This document shows positions 41,684-50,867 of a stretch of DNA of 64,000 nucleotides, piece by piece (positions within the stretch are counted from its first letter, which is position 1; each line of letters starts with the position of its first letter). This DNA comes from Pseudomonadota bacterium (GTDB lineage: Bacteria > Pseudomonadota > Gammaproteobacteria > Pseudomonadales > Oleiphilaceae). The DNA lies in the NCBI GenBank assembly GCA_051751785.1, contig JBNJLG010000003.1, positions 214,447 to 278,446 of the forward strand, written 5' to 3'. A program made the position numbers and the translations under genes. The notes beneath the pieces are model-generated. The model had not been told where the DNA came from. It ran no database searches and was given only the letters and a program-made list of their open reading frames with translations.

Positions 41684-41715
41684 CCGGAAACGGGGCAGCC
41701 CTGTCCCGTTTCCGG
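41684..41715 (+). terminator. Strong hairpin after the ABC operon (no U-tract)
   Basis: 11-bp stem CCGGAAACGGG / CCCGTTTCCGG. The downstream sequence CAACCGAC is not T-rich. Confidence 0.4.
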
Positions 41716-41807
41716 CAACCGACTGATTTCTCTGGCCTCGCCACAATTCAAGCCCCTTTCCATTGATTTTCCTTGCCCCGAACGCTCTGACAATAGTTCC
41801 TCTCTTA

Positions 41808-41864
41808 TTCACAGAACACAATATCCTGTTATACTCCTACCAAATTAAACCCATATCTAGGGTT
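41808..41864 (+). promoter_or_regulatory. nrdJ promoter with two tandem NrdR-box-like palindromes
   Basis: TTCACA (41808-41813) -N16- TATACT (41830-41835). Box 1 is ACACAATATCCTGTTA (41816-41831), about 12/16 to acaCwAtATaTwGtgt, and overlaps the spacer/-10. Box 2 is AACCCATATCTAGGGT (41848-41863). Centres are 32 bp apart. Confidence 0.5.
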
Positions 41865-41934
41865 ACCGAGCAGGAGCCTTGCGTTTCAAAAGAGCGCGGG
41901 CAAACACGAGACATACTGGAAACCGAGGGTGGCA

Positions 41935-44073
41935 ATGAACGCTAAAGCACAGGCAGTGGTTACTACGATTCCCATGCAGGAAGCATCGCTGGACATCTGG
42001 AACAGCAAATACCAGCTGAAAACCAAAACCGGCGAGCCAGTCGACAAAAATATCAACGCGACCTACGAGCGAGTAGCCAGGGCGCTGTCGGAGGTTGAAA
42101 ACAAGTCTGTGCGCAACAAGCACATGAAGGACTTCGTCTGGGCACTGCAGCACGGCGCCATTCCCGCCGGCCGCATCACCTCCAACGCCGGTGCCGAAGC
42201 CCACAAGCCCGCCACGTCGACCATCAACTGTACTGTCTCCGGCATTGTTCATGACTCCATGAACGACATCCTGGAGAAAAACCACGAAGCCGGTCTGACC
42301 CTCAAGGCCGGTTGCGGCATCGGTTATGAATTTTCCACCCTTCGCCCCCGCGGCGCTTACGTCGCTGGTGCCGGCGCCACCACTTCCGGCCCGCTGTCGT
42401 TCATGGATATCTTCGACCGCATGTGTTTCACCGTCTCCTCAGCCGGTGGCCGCCGCGGTGCCCAGATGGCCACCTTTGACGTACACCACCCGGATGTTAT
42501 CGAGTTCATCCAGGCCAAGCGTGAAGACGGTCGCCTGCGCCAGTTCAACCTTTCTCTGCTGATCACCGAAGATTTCATTGAAGCCGTCCGCAACGGCGAC
42601 GACTGGCACCTGTCCTTCCCGGTCACCCAGAAAGAAGCCGAAGACGAAGGCCTGGACCTGAACAACGAAAACGAATTTGTATACCGCGACTTTCCGGTCC
42701 AGAAAGGCTATGTGGTCAATGATGAAGGCAAGGTCGCCTGCCGTATCTACAAAACGCTGAAAGCCCAGTTTATCTGGGACACCATCATGACCAGCACCTA
42801 CGACTACGCAGAACCGGGCTTCATCCTGATCGACAAAGTCAACCAGATGAACAATAACTGGTTCTGCGAAGACATCCGCGCCACCAACCCCTGTGGCGAG
42901 CAGCCCCTGCCCCCGTACGGCAGCTGCCTGCTGGGCTCGATCAACCTGACCAAGTTTGTCGACTACCCGTTTACTGAAAAGGCCAGCTTCAACTACGAGA
43001 AGTACCGGAAAGTCGTGGCCATTTTCACCCGTATGCTGGACAACGTTGTTGAAATCAACGGTCTGCCACTGAGCGAGCAGCGCCACGAAATCACCTACAA
43101 ACGCCGCCACGGCATGGGCATCCTGGGCCTGGGTTCCACCCTCGCCATGCTGCGCATGCCTTATGGCTCCGACGATTCCGTTGAGTTCACCGAAGAAGTC
43201 GTCCGGGAAATGGCCGTTGAAGGCTGGCGCCAGTCTCTGGTCCTGGCCGAAGAGAAAGGCCCGGCTCCAATCATGGAAGACGATTTCGAAATCACCCCGA
43301 AGATGCTCAACAAATGCCCGCAACTGGCCGAAGACGGCTACATCGTTGGCGACAAGCTGAAGGGCAAGGTACTGCACGCCAAATACAGCCGTTACATGCA
43401 GCAAATTGCCGGCGTGGAACCGGAGCTGATCGAGCAACTGGCCGAGAAAGGTGGTCGCTTTACCCACCACACCTCCATTGCTCCAACCGGCACCATCAGC
43501 CTGTCTCTGGCCAACAACGCCAGTAACGGCATCGAGCCGAGCTTCTCGCACCACTACGCTCGCAACATCATCCGAGAAGGCCGCAAGACCAAGGAAAAAG
43601 TCGACGTCTTCAGCTTCGAGCTGCTGGCCTACCGCCATTTGGTGAACCAGGGCGCCATGCCGTTCTCAGAAGACGAAGACAAAAAGCTGCCAAGCTACTT
43701 CACCACTTCGGACGACGTCAGCCCAAAGCAGCACGTAGACATTCAGGCGGCCGCGCAGAAATGGGTGGACTCCTCCATTTCCAAAACCGCCAACGTGCCC
43801 ACTGAATTCCCTTACCCGGACTTCAAAGGCATCTACCACTATGCGTACGATAAGGGTCTGAAAGGCTGCACTACCTTCCGCTTCAACCCGGAAGCCTTCC
43901 AGGGCGTACTGGTGAAAGAGACAGACCTTGAAAACACGCTGTACGAATTCACCCTGGACGACGGCAGCAAAGTAACCCTGCGAGGCAACGAAGAGGTAGA
44001 GTACGACGGCGAGATTCACAACGCCGCCAACCTCTTCGATGCGCTCAAAGAAGGCACTTACGGCAAATACTGA
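41935..44073 (+). CDS. nrdJa: Adenosylcobalamin-dependent (class II) ribonucleotide reductase, large N-terminal polypeptide
   Basis: ATG 41935 after GAGGG; the ORF track start is GTG 41929. TSNAGAEAHKPATSTINC..., thiyl-radical loop TNPCGEQPLPPYGSC. Confidence 0.9.
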   Translation: MNAKAQAVVTTIPMQEASLDIWNSKYQLKTKTGEPVDKNINATYERVARALSEVENKSVRNKHMKDFVWALQHGAIPAGRITSNAGAEAHKPATSTINCTVSGIVHDSMNDILEKNHEAGLTLKAGCGIGYEFSTLRPRGAYVAGAGATTSGPLSFMDIFDRMCFTVSSAGGRRGAQMATFDVHHPDVIEFIQAKREDGRLRQFNLSLLITEDFIEAVRNGDDWHLSFPVTQKEAEDEGLDLNNENEFVYRDFPVQKGYVVNDEGKVACRIYKTLKAQFIWDTIMTSTYDYAEPGFILIDKVNQMNNNWFCEDIRATNPCGEQPLPPYGSCLLGSINLTKFVDYPFTEKASFNYEKYRKVVAIFTRMLDNVVEINGLPLSEQRHEITYKRRHGMGILGLGSTLAMLRMPYGSDDSVEFTEEVVREMAVEGWRQSLVLAEEKGPAPIMEDDFEITPKMLNKCPQLAEDGYIVGDKLKGKVLHAKYSRYMQQIAGVEPELIEQLAEKGGRFTHHTSIAPTGTISLSLANNASNGIEPSFSHHYARNIIREGRKTKEKVDVFSFELLAYRHLVNQGAMPFSEDEDKKLPSYFTTSDDVSPKQHVDIQAAAQKWVDSSISKTANVPTEFPYPDFKGIYHYAYDKGLKGCTTFRFNPEAFQGVLVKETDLENTLYEFTLDDGSKVTLRGNEEVEYDGEIHNAANLFDALKEGTYGKY

Positions 44074-44102
44074 TCCGGGAACCGACAGACAGGACAACCA
44101 AC

Positions 44103-44801
44103 ATGACAGTAAAAATTACCAACAAGATCGTCGGCTACCGCGTGAAGAAAGCCGATGCGGAAACACCGACCGAACACCAGCCACCGGTGCATGCAGACAC
44201 CAAACCCGTCGAGATGAACGAATTCATCGAACGGCCGGACTTCCTGCTGGGCACCACCTACAAGATCAAGCCACCGGTGGCCGAGCACGCGATGTACATC
44301 ACCATCAACGACATCCTGCTGAACGAGGGCACAGACCACGAAAGCCGGCAGCCGTACGAAGTGTTCATCAACTCCAAATCGATGGAACACTTCCAGTGGG
44401 TAATCGCCCTCACCCGCGTTATCTCTGCGGTATTCCGCAAGGGTGGCGACGTCACCTTCCTGGTGGAAGAACTGCGCAGCGTGTATGACCCCAATGGCGG
44501 TTACTTCAAGAAAGGGGGCGTATTCATGCCCTCACTGGTGGCTGAAATCGGCGCGGTGATCGAGAAGCACCTGAAGGCCATCGGCCTGCTGGAAAGCGAG
44601 GAAATGAGCGAAACTACCAAGCGCATCCTCGCCGAAAAGCGCGCAGAATTTGAAGCCAGCCAGAGTGCTGCCACCAACGACGACACCAGCAACGATTACC
44701 CGCCCAACGCCACCATGTGTGGTAAGTGCAGCACCAAGGCGGTGATTGTGATGGACGGCTGTGCCACCTGCCTGGCCTGTGGCGACAGCAAGTGCGGTTA
44801 A
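44103..44801 (+). CDS. nrdJb: Class II ribonucleotide reductase, C-terminal polypeptide
   Basis: 232 aa, starting 29 nt after the nrdJa stop. Ends in the Cys-rich tail CGKCSTKAVIVMDGCATCLACGDSKCG. Confidence 0.85.
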   Translation: MTVKITNKIVGYRVKKADAETPTEHQPPVHADTKPVEMNEFIERPDFLLGTTYKIKPPVAEHAMYITINDILLNEGTDHESRQPYEVFINSKSMEHFQWVIALTRVISAVFRKGGDVTFLVEELRSVYDPNGGYFKKGGVFMPSLVAEIGAVIEKHLKAIGLLESEEMSETTKRILAEKRAEFEASQSAATNDDTSNDYPPNATMCGKCSTKAVIVMDGCATCLACGDSKCG

Positions 44802-44833
44802 CCGGGTAAACCAACCCGACCCGTGATTGAAAA

Positions 44834-44865
44834 GGCCCGGCAGCATATGCTCCCGGGCCTTTTTG
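44834..44865 (+). terminator. Intrinsic terminator after nrdJb
   Basis: GGCCCGG-CAGCATATGCTC-CCGGGCC followed by TTTTTG. Confidence 0.7.
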
Positions 44866-44893
44866 TTGATAAGTGCCATGAGGAGCTGGAACG

Positions 44894-45454
44894 ATGAAAA
44901 TCGCAGTATTTTGCGGCTCGAATACCGGTAACAATCCGCAATTTTTGCATGCCACGCGAGCCCTGGGAGAATACCTGGCCAGCAACGACATTGATGTGGT
45001 GTACGGCGGCGGCAAAGTAGGCCTGATGGGCGAGATGGCAGACGCCGTACTCGAACATGGCGGCAAGGTTTTCGGGGTAATTCCGGAGCACCTGAAGCAG
45101 AAAGAAATTGCCCACAATGGGCTGACAGAGTTGCAGGTGGTTGCCGACATGCACGAACGCAAGGCAGCCATGGCGCAGATGGCAGACGCCTTTGTCGCCC
45201 TGCCTGGCGGAGCGGGCACGCTCGAGGAGATCTTTGAGGCCTGGACCTGGGCGCAGCTGGGGTATCACGCCAAGCCCTGCGCTTTTTACAATGTGTCCGG
45301 GTTTTACGACCCACTGCTGCAGATGATTGATCACATGTCGGCCTGCGGGTTTCTGAAACCGGTGCATTCCGACATGCTCATCAAGGCCGATAGCCCTGAA
45401 GCCCTGCTCTCCTCCATAAGTGCCTACAAGGCTCCGGTGCAGAAGTGGGACTGA
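44894..45454 (+). CDS. LOG family protein (cytokinin riboside 5'-monophosphate phosphoribohydrolase-like, TIGR00730)
   Basis: 186 aa, MKIAVFCGSNTG ... VVYGGGKVGLMG ... ALPGGAGTLEE. Confidence 0.85.
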   Translation: MKIAVFCGSNTGNNPQFLHATRALGEYLASNDIDVVYGGGKVGLMGEMADAVLEHGGKVFGVIPEHLKQKEIAHNGLTELQVVADMHERKAAMAQMADAFVALPGGAGTLEEIFEAWTWAQLGYHAKPCAFYNVSGFYDPLLQMIDHMSACGFLKPVHSDMLIKADSPEALLSSISAYKAPVQKWD

Positions 45455-45609
45455 AAAGAAAATAAAGTCGTCCTGTGAGCCATCGGTTGGTATCCCCTGA
45501 TTGCAAACGACTTTCAAGCCGCATCAAGATTCCTGGCTAAGGGCGTGTTGGCTTCACTGTGTCGCAGTAGCTGTTGGCCGCTCCGCACAATAAACTAACA
45601 GTCTGCAGG

Positions 45610-46716
45610 TTACTCTTCTTCATCGCTGAAAGCAGAGCGGTGGAATTCCGTCGCTTCTTCCGCTTCCCTGACGCCCATTTCCCGGACTTCCGGCACTTCT
45701 CCGCCGGCAAGTGTCTCAAGCACCGCGTGCACCCCCTTGGAGAGGGCCCTCAGGCTGTAACCGCCCTCAAGAACCAGTGCAAGTCGTCCTTCACAGTGCT
45801 TTTCGGAGATCTCCTGAACGATCCGCGTGATCACTCTGAAACCGTCGTAGGTCAGATTCATTGCCATATCGTCACGGTGTGGGTCGAACCCGGCCGAGAC
45901 CAGAACCAGATCCGGTTTGAAGTAATCGGCAGCTGGAACCAGAATGTCGCGAAACACTTTCTCGAAGGCGACGTCACCTGCGGTTTCCGGCAGTGGAACA
46001 TTGATGGTATACCCTTCTCCGAGACCGTCACCTATCTCCTCAATGTAGCCAGAACCCGGATAAAAAGGCGCAGCGCAATGGGTGTCAAAAAACAGCACAT
46101 CCGGCTCGGCCCAGAAAATATCCTGGGTACCATTACCGTGGTGGGCGTCCCAGTCAATGAGCAGGATCCGTTCACAGCCCAGTTTGGCCTGGGCGTGAGC
46201 CGCCGCGACGGCCACATTGTTGAGTAGACAGAAGCCCCGAGCCCGCACCGGCTCGGCATGATGCCCGGGAGGACGCACCAGGGCAAACGCGCTTTGGCAT
46301 TCCCCGTTCACGACACTTTCTACCGCAGCAATGGCGTTGCCGGCCGCTGCAGTGGCTGCGTTAATGCTATCCGGTGAAACGGCGGTTGTGTCCCTGTCGA
46401 GCCAGGCACGCTTACCGGCAAGTGAAAACATGTGGTCGAGGTAGGCCGCCGTATGTACCCGGGCCAGTTGGTTGTAGGTGGCAGGGGCGGCTCCGCTTCT
46501 GATCTGAACACCCTTTATCGGGTGCTCATCCAGATACGCCTTGACCGCGGAGAGGCGGCCAGGATGTTCCGGATAGCTCCATTTGAAATCCAGCCCCTTG
46601 AGGATCGACCTGACTCGCTTTTCCACCCGACTGGGCATGAAGGGCAAATCCACCTCGGGATTGTGTCCCAGCATCACCTCGTCATAAAACACATGCACAC
46701 TGCGATCGCCGATCAT
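45610..46716 (-). CDS. Histone deacetylase family (HDAC / acetylpolyamine amidohydrolase-like) protein
   Basis: 368 aa, RPPGHHAEP, DWDAHHGNGTQ, SAGFDPH, LEGGY. AAGGGAAGG RBS. Confidence 0.85.
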   Translation of the reverse strand: MIGDRSVHVFYDEVMLGHNPEVDLPFMPSRVEKRVRSILKGLDFKWSYPEHPGRLSAVKAYLDEHPIKGVQIRSGAAPATYNQLARVHTAAYLDHMFSLAGKRAWLDRDTTAVSPDSINAATAAAGNAIAAVESVVNGECQSAFALVRPPGHHAEPVRARGFCLLNNVAVAAAHAQAKLGCERILLIDWDAHHGNGTQDIFWAEPDVLFFDTHCAAPFYPGSGYIEEIGDGLGEGYTINVPLPETAGDVAFEKVFRDILVPAADYFKPDLVLVSAGFDPHRDDMAMNLTYDGFRVITRIVQEISEKHCEGRLALVLEGGYSLRALSKGVHAVLETLAGGEVPEVREMGVREAEEATEFHRSAFSDEEE

Positions 46717-46744
46717 TGGACCTTCCCTTTCTTAGTGATTGCCG

Positions 46745-47275
46745 CTACGCCAGGGCCTGTTTCACCGTTGAGGTGAAAGCCGCGGCGCGAATGCCTGTAG
46801 GCTTGAAACCCAATTTGCTCCACGCGGCCCCGGCCTCTTTGTTCGAGGCGGAATATTCGAGAATCAGCTCTGACACGTTGTGACTCTCGGCAAACGCCAC
46901 CAGATCCCGGAGCAGAGCTTTAAGAATACCGCGATTCCGGAATTCAGGCTCGACCCAGACGTCGTCGATCATTCCCACCCTGAACTCAACCGCTTCGGTT
47001 CGTGCCCAGATGCCCTGGCTACTCCAGACATAAACGTAGCCCATTCCCACCAGTCCCGCTTCGGTAGTGTCTGCCACCACCAGGTGCTTATTCTGATCCT
47101 TCAAAGCGGAGCTCAAAGCCTGGAAAAGCCGTTTGTACTCGCTCTCTTTGAGGTCCTGCGGCTCGCCCCCTGAGACATGCAGGGCAAGTTTGACGAGAAA
47201 CCCCACCATTAACGGGAGATCCTCTTCCCGGGCCTCCCTTATCACAAACCCACTATCCGCTTTTTTTCTGCCCAT
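46745..47275 (-). CDS. GNAT family N-acetyltransferase
   Basis: Start chosen at ATG 47275 (MGRKKADSGFVIREAREEDL); the ORF track start is further upstream. Motif A is VWVEPEFRNRGILKALL. The stop is 28 nt before the HDAC ATG. Confidence 0.75.
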   Translation of the reverse strand: MGRKKADSGFVIREAREEDLPLMVGFLVKLALHVSGGEPQDLKESEYKRLFQALSSALKDQNKHLVVADTTEAGLVGMGYVYVWSSQGIWARTEAVEFRVGMIDDVWVEPEFRNRGILKALLRDLVAFAESHNVSELILEYSASNKEAGAAWSKLGFKPTGIRAAAFTSTVKQALA

Positions 47276-47525
47276 AAATAACCCCTGCAAACCCATCGCA
47301 CAGTGCAAACCGAAGAGCACTTGGCTCGGGCTTCGATTTTTCCAGACAGATAACCCCCTGGAGGCGCTATCAGAAGCTTAGTCGCTCTCTTTGCACGAGA
47401 CAAAAATCCATTTCATGAAACTGCGCTTGGCATAGAACGGGCGTCAGAGTAACGTCGATAACACCCATGGCAGACAAGGCGAACAAACCGTGCACGGGCA
47501 GCCAGAGCGCTCAAAGGTTGGAACT

Positions 47526-48638
47526 GTGAAAAAACTTCTCCTGGTTCTCGGTATGGCACTGGCGGTTGCGCTCATTTTGACGGTCAGCTCCAACCCCATG
47601 CCTATTGAAGAGCGGCTGATCCGGATCCAGGCGGAGGATGTACTCGGTGAGTTCCCCGACCTGGAAACCGAACCACTTGAGCTGCAGGGAGCCTTGCTGG
47701 ACATGGCGCATGATGAACTGCTCCTGCTCAAAGCCCGGGCGGCCTTTCTCCGCTATCCGGAAATGACCCGTGAGCTCTTTCCACTGTATGGACCAGAACA
47801 GGAATTTCGGGAAATCCTCCGCTCGTACGGTGAGAACATCCTGCCTCCCATCCACTACTTCCTGAGCCGGCCAATTGGCTCGATCGAGCTGATGAATACA
47901 GCGGCTAACAAGTACCAGAGCCTCAGAGACTTCCTTACCGGTAACGGGGAATCCTCAGAAAAGCAGACCACCGCGGGAACAGACAGCCTGCTTCCGGCAG
48001 AACGCGGCTGGTATGCCGTGGGCTTTATTCAGGAAGAAGGCCACAACTTCCTGGGCCAGTTTGTGGTCAGTGCGCAGGGAGAAGTGACCTGGGTAACGAC
48101 CGAAAGGGTCCTGGAGAACATCAATCAGCTTTTTGCCAGCGGAATCCGGAATCTTGAAATCCAGTACCGCACTGATGGGGATATTTCAGCATCGGACATT
48201 GGCTGGGCATCGGTCGATGTACTCGTCTTCGCCAGCGCATTGAAGGTTCTCAGAGTGGGTCGAGCCATGGCGGTTTCTACCAGAGGTGCAGCCAGAGGCA
48301 CCCGCTCCGCCGCACTCGGAACCCGTCTTGCCAACAGCGGCCGAATGATACTGAACAGCGCCCGGTACGCGAAATGGCCGGCAGTGATAGGCGCGGGATA
48401 TCTGGTGGTTACACACCCGAGCATTATTAATGACGTTTTCGCCGAGGTAGCTGAGGTTCTGGGTTATCCGGCATGGCTGGTGCAGTTTCTGGGCTGGTTG
48501 CTGATACTCGTGCCAGTGCTGTACATCTCCAGTTGGCTAACGCGGTTTCTGGTACGACCTTCCATTGCCTTACTGAGCGCCCTGGCTTCGGGATTATCCA
48601 GACTGAATCGTGATAATTCGCTTAACCGCATAGACTAG
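47526..48638 (+). CDS. Hypothetical membrane protein (no recognised domain)
   Basis: Long ORF with no competing gene. GTG 47526 gives VKKLLLVLGMALAVALILTV (signal/anchor); alternative GTG at 47490. Soluble middle part and 3-4 hydrophobic segments near the C terminus. Confidence 0.6.
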   Translation: MKKLLLVLGMALAVALILTVSSNPMPIEERLIRIQAEDVLGEFPDLETEPLELQGALLDMAHDELLLLKARAAFLRYPEMTRELFPLYGPEQEFREILRSYGENILPPIHYFLSRPIGSIELMNTAANKYQSLRDFLTGNGESSEKQTTAGTDSLLPAERGWYAVGFIQEEGHNFLGQFVVSAQGEVTWVTTERVLENINQLFASGIRNLEIQYRTDGDISASDIGWASVDVLVFASALKVLRVGRAMAVSTRGAARGTRSAALGTRLANSGRMILNSARYAKWPAVIGAGYLVVTHPSIINDVFAEVAEVLGYPAWLVQFLGWLLILVPVLYISSWLTRFLVRPSIALLSALASGLSRLNRDNSLNRID

Positions 48639-48660
48639 CGGTCCGGACTATTGCATTTGT

Positions 48661-48699
48661 AATACGAATCGTTATTATTCGTTATACGAATTCATAACG
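48661..48699. promoter_or_regulatory. Fur-box-like AT-rich operator upstream of the TonB-dependent receptor
   Basis: AATACGAATCGTTATTATT (reverse complement 11/19 to the Fur consensus). CGTTAT hexamer at 48670 and 48680, with an inverted copy ATAACG at 48694. ATACGAAT is repeated at 48662 and 48684. Confidence 0.4.
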
Positions 48700-48716
48700 A
48701 AGGGTTTACAACTCTG

Positions 48717-50810
48717 ATGAAAGTCTCCTACTCCCGACGCTACAGTTCTGTTGCGCTGGCATCCCTGCTAAGTGCCAGCTCTGTGGCTGTGGCACAGAGC
48801 GATGACGCACCCACTCTCGACACTCTTGATGTTGTGTCAGATGCGATTTCCGCTCCGGATTACATGCCGCTGGCAAAAAAGCCAGAGGTGGGCAAGATGG
48901 ATGTGCCGGTGGAAGAACAACCCTACTCGGTCTCCGTCATTGACCGGACCTTTATCGAAGACTCCGGCGCCAAGAACATTCAGGATGCCCTGCTATACAC
49001 CCCGGGCGTTTACGCCGGTGCATTCGGCTTCGATACCCGTATCGACTCCGCAAAAGTACGGGGCGTGGATGCGGGCCGATACCTTGATGGCCTGCGCCAG
49101 ATCTACGGTTCTTACAATTCCGTGCGCACCAACGTGTATGCCCTGGAGAGTATCGAGGTTCTCAAGGGCCCGTCCTCTATGCTTTACGGTCAGGGCGACC
49201 TTGGTGGTGTTGTCAATGCGGTCTCCAAACTGCCAAAAGCCGAGCAAGGCGGTGAAGTATGGGCCCAGTATGGCACCTTCAACCGCAAGCAACTGGCCGT
49301 GGATGTCACCGGTCCGGCGACTGAAAATGGCGAACTGCTGTACCGCCTGGTTGCCCTTGGCCGCGACAGCGATACCCAGGTAGATCACGTGGAAGACGAT
49401 GGCTATCTTGTTGCCCCCTCCCTTACCTGGCGCCCCGATGACGACACCAGCGTTACGCTGTTGTTGAACCGCCAGGAAAACAAAGGCCAGATTTCGGCAC
49501 AGTTCCTGCCCCAGGCAGGTACGCTGGATCCGGGTTCGCAAGGATACATCGGTTCCGAGCGGTTTGTGGGTGAACCGGACTGGGATCGCTATGACCGGGA
49601 AAAAACCGAAGCAACGCTGTTTGTTGATCACCAATTGAATGATGAATGGGCGGTCTCAGCAACAACTCGTTACACCGAGTCCAGCGCGGACACTAGAGAG
49701 CACTGGATTACGATCGGCCAGGAGCCTGATGCCAACGGTGAAGTACCACGCACCATTTTCACCTCAGATCGCAGCACTCGCATCTTTAATATTGATGCCC
49801 GGCTGGAGGGTGATCTGGAGCTGGGTGTAACCCGCCACAACCTGATTGTCGGCGCTGACCGTCAAAATGCCCGTTGGGAAGAATCCAACTACTATTACGG
49901 CGCAGGGCAAGGCGGCATGTTTGATGTTTATGACCCGGAATATGGCAATCTGAACGCCGGAGTCATTTCCCCTTCCGACAGCGCTGATAATGAGATCGAA
50001 CAGATCGGGGTCTATGTTGCAGACCACGTTCAGATCGGGCCCGTGGTCGTCTCCGCCGGTCTTCGTCACGATTGGGCGGAAAACCGTAAGCTGGCCGTCA
50101 CCGGCTCGGACACCGTAAGTGATGAGGAAGCCACCACTGGCCGGGCCGGCCTGATGTATCGATTCGACAACGGGATTTCACCGTACATCAGCTATGCCGA
50201 ATCCTTCAGCATGAACCTGGGCACCGACGGCACGGCATCGGCCAACACTCTGAAGCCCACCACGGGTGATCAGCAGGAAGCTGGTGTTAAATATGTTTCT
50301 CCGGACCAATCCCTGGGCATTTCCGCCGCTTACTTCGACATCACCCAGCAAAACCGTGTCAGCGACGGGAACACCCCTGGCGGCACGGAACAGACTGGTG
50401 CGGTTATTGATGGTTGGGAGCTACAGGTCAACAAACGGTGGGACCGCTTCGAGACCCAACTGGCATTCACCGATATGAATGCCAAAGACGATTCAACCGG
50501 CAACCGCCTGCCTTATATTGCTGAACGCCAGGCGTCCTGGTGGAATCAGCTGTTTGTCGGCAGCAACTGGCGTTTCGGTGCCGGCGTTCGATACGTGGGA
50601 GACAATGTTGGCTCCGGCGGCGACCCCGTTATTCCATCGGTTACGCTTTACGATGCCATGGCTGGTTATACCTGGGGAGACTGGGATTTCAGCGTGGATG
50701 CCAAGAACCTGGCGGATGAGGAATACGTCAGTTGGTGCCGCTCCGAAGGTGCCGATTGTGGCTACGGCGAGCGCCGTACGGTGAGCGCCAACGCCAAGTT
50801 CCGTTTCTGA
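48717..50810 (+). CDS. TonB-dependent (siderophore-type) outer membrane receptor
   Basis: 697 aa with a signal peptide (SVAVAQS), plug domain (IEVLKGPSSMLYGQGDLGGVVN), beta-barrel and terminal aromatic residue (KFRF). Confidence 0.9.
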   Translation: MKVSYSRRYSSVALASLLSASSVAVAQSDDAPTLDTLDVVSDAISAPDYMPLAKKPEVGKMDVPVEEQPYSVSVIDRTFIEDSGAKNIQDALLYTPGVYAGAFGFDTRIDSAKVRGVDAGRYLDGLRQIYGSYNSVRTNVYALESIEVLKGPSSMLYGQGDLGGVVNAVSKLPKAEQGGEVWAQYGTFNRKQLAVDVTGPATENGELLYRLVALGRDSDTQVDHVEDDGYLVAPSLTWRPDDDTSVTLLLNRQENKGQISAQFLPQAGTLDPGSQGYIGSERFVGEPDWDRYDREKTEATLFVDHQLNDEWAVSATTRYTESSADTREHWITIGQEPDANGEVPRTIFTSDRSTRIFNIDARLEGDLELGVTRHNLIVGADRQNARWEESNYYYGAGQGGMFDVYDPEYGNLNAGVISPSDSADNEIEQIGVYVADHVQIGPVVVSAGLRHDWAENRKLAVTGSDTVSDEEATTGRAGLMYRFDNGISPYISYAESFSMNLGTDGTASANTLKPTTGDQQEAGVKYVSPDQSLGISAAYFDITQQNRVSDGNTPGGTEQTGAVIDGWELQVNKRWDRFETQLAFTDMNAKDDSTGNRLPYIAERQASWWNQLFVGSNWRFGAGVRYVGDNVGSGGDPVIPSVTLYDAMAGYTWGDWDFSVDAKNLADEEYVSWCRSEGADCGYGERRTVSANAKFRF

Positions 50811-50833
50811 AGTTTCCTCACTCCATCTGTTAA

Positions 50834-50867
50834 TAACCCCCGCAGAACTCTGTTCTGCGGGGGTTAT
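50834..50867 (+). terminator. Strong hairpin after the receptor gene
   Basis: Perfect 16-bp stem ATAACCCCCGCAGAAC / GTTCTGCGGGGGTTAT with a 3-nt loop; the tail is CTTCCTCCC. Confidence 0.65.

Noticed and set aside
42439-43638. 399-aa minus-strand ORF (plus 41863-42285 and 43666-44097)
   Set aside because: Antisense to nrdJa; repetitive Val/Gly/Ala/Asp composition and no start context.
45465-45514. Inverted repeat AAAGTCGT ... ACGACTTT between the convergent LOG and HDAC genes
   Set aside because: The stem is 8 bp with a loop of about 35 nt and there is no U-tract on either strand. It is too weak to call a terminator or an sRNA.
44532-45517. Three overlapping minus-strand ORFs (201-260 aa)
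   Set aside because: They overlap nrdJb and the LOG gene, both with strong family signatures. The products are Arg/Pro/Ala-rich shadow sequences.
47428-47443. Sigma54-like TGGCAT-AGAAC-GGGCG upstream of the orphan membrane protein gene
   Set aside because: The GG and GC doublets are correctly spaced, but the -12 element lacks TTGC and the -24 element has T for C. Such partial matches are frequent in GC-rich DNA, so I am not calling it.
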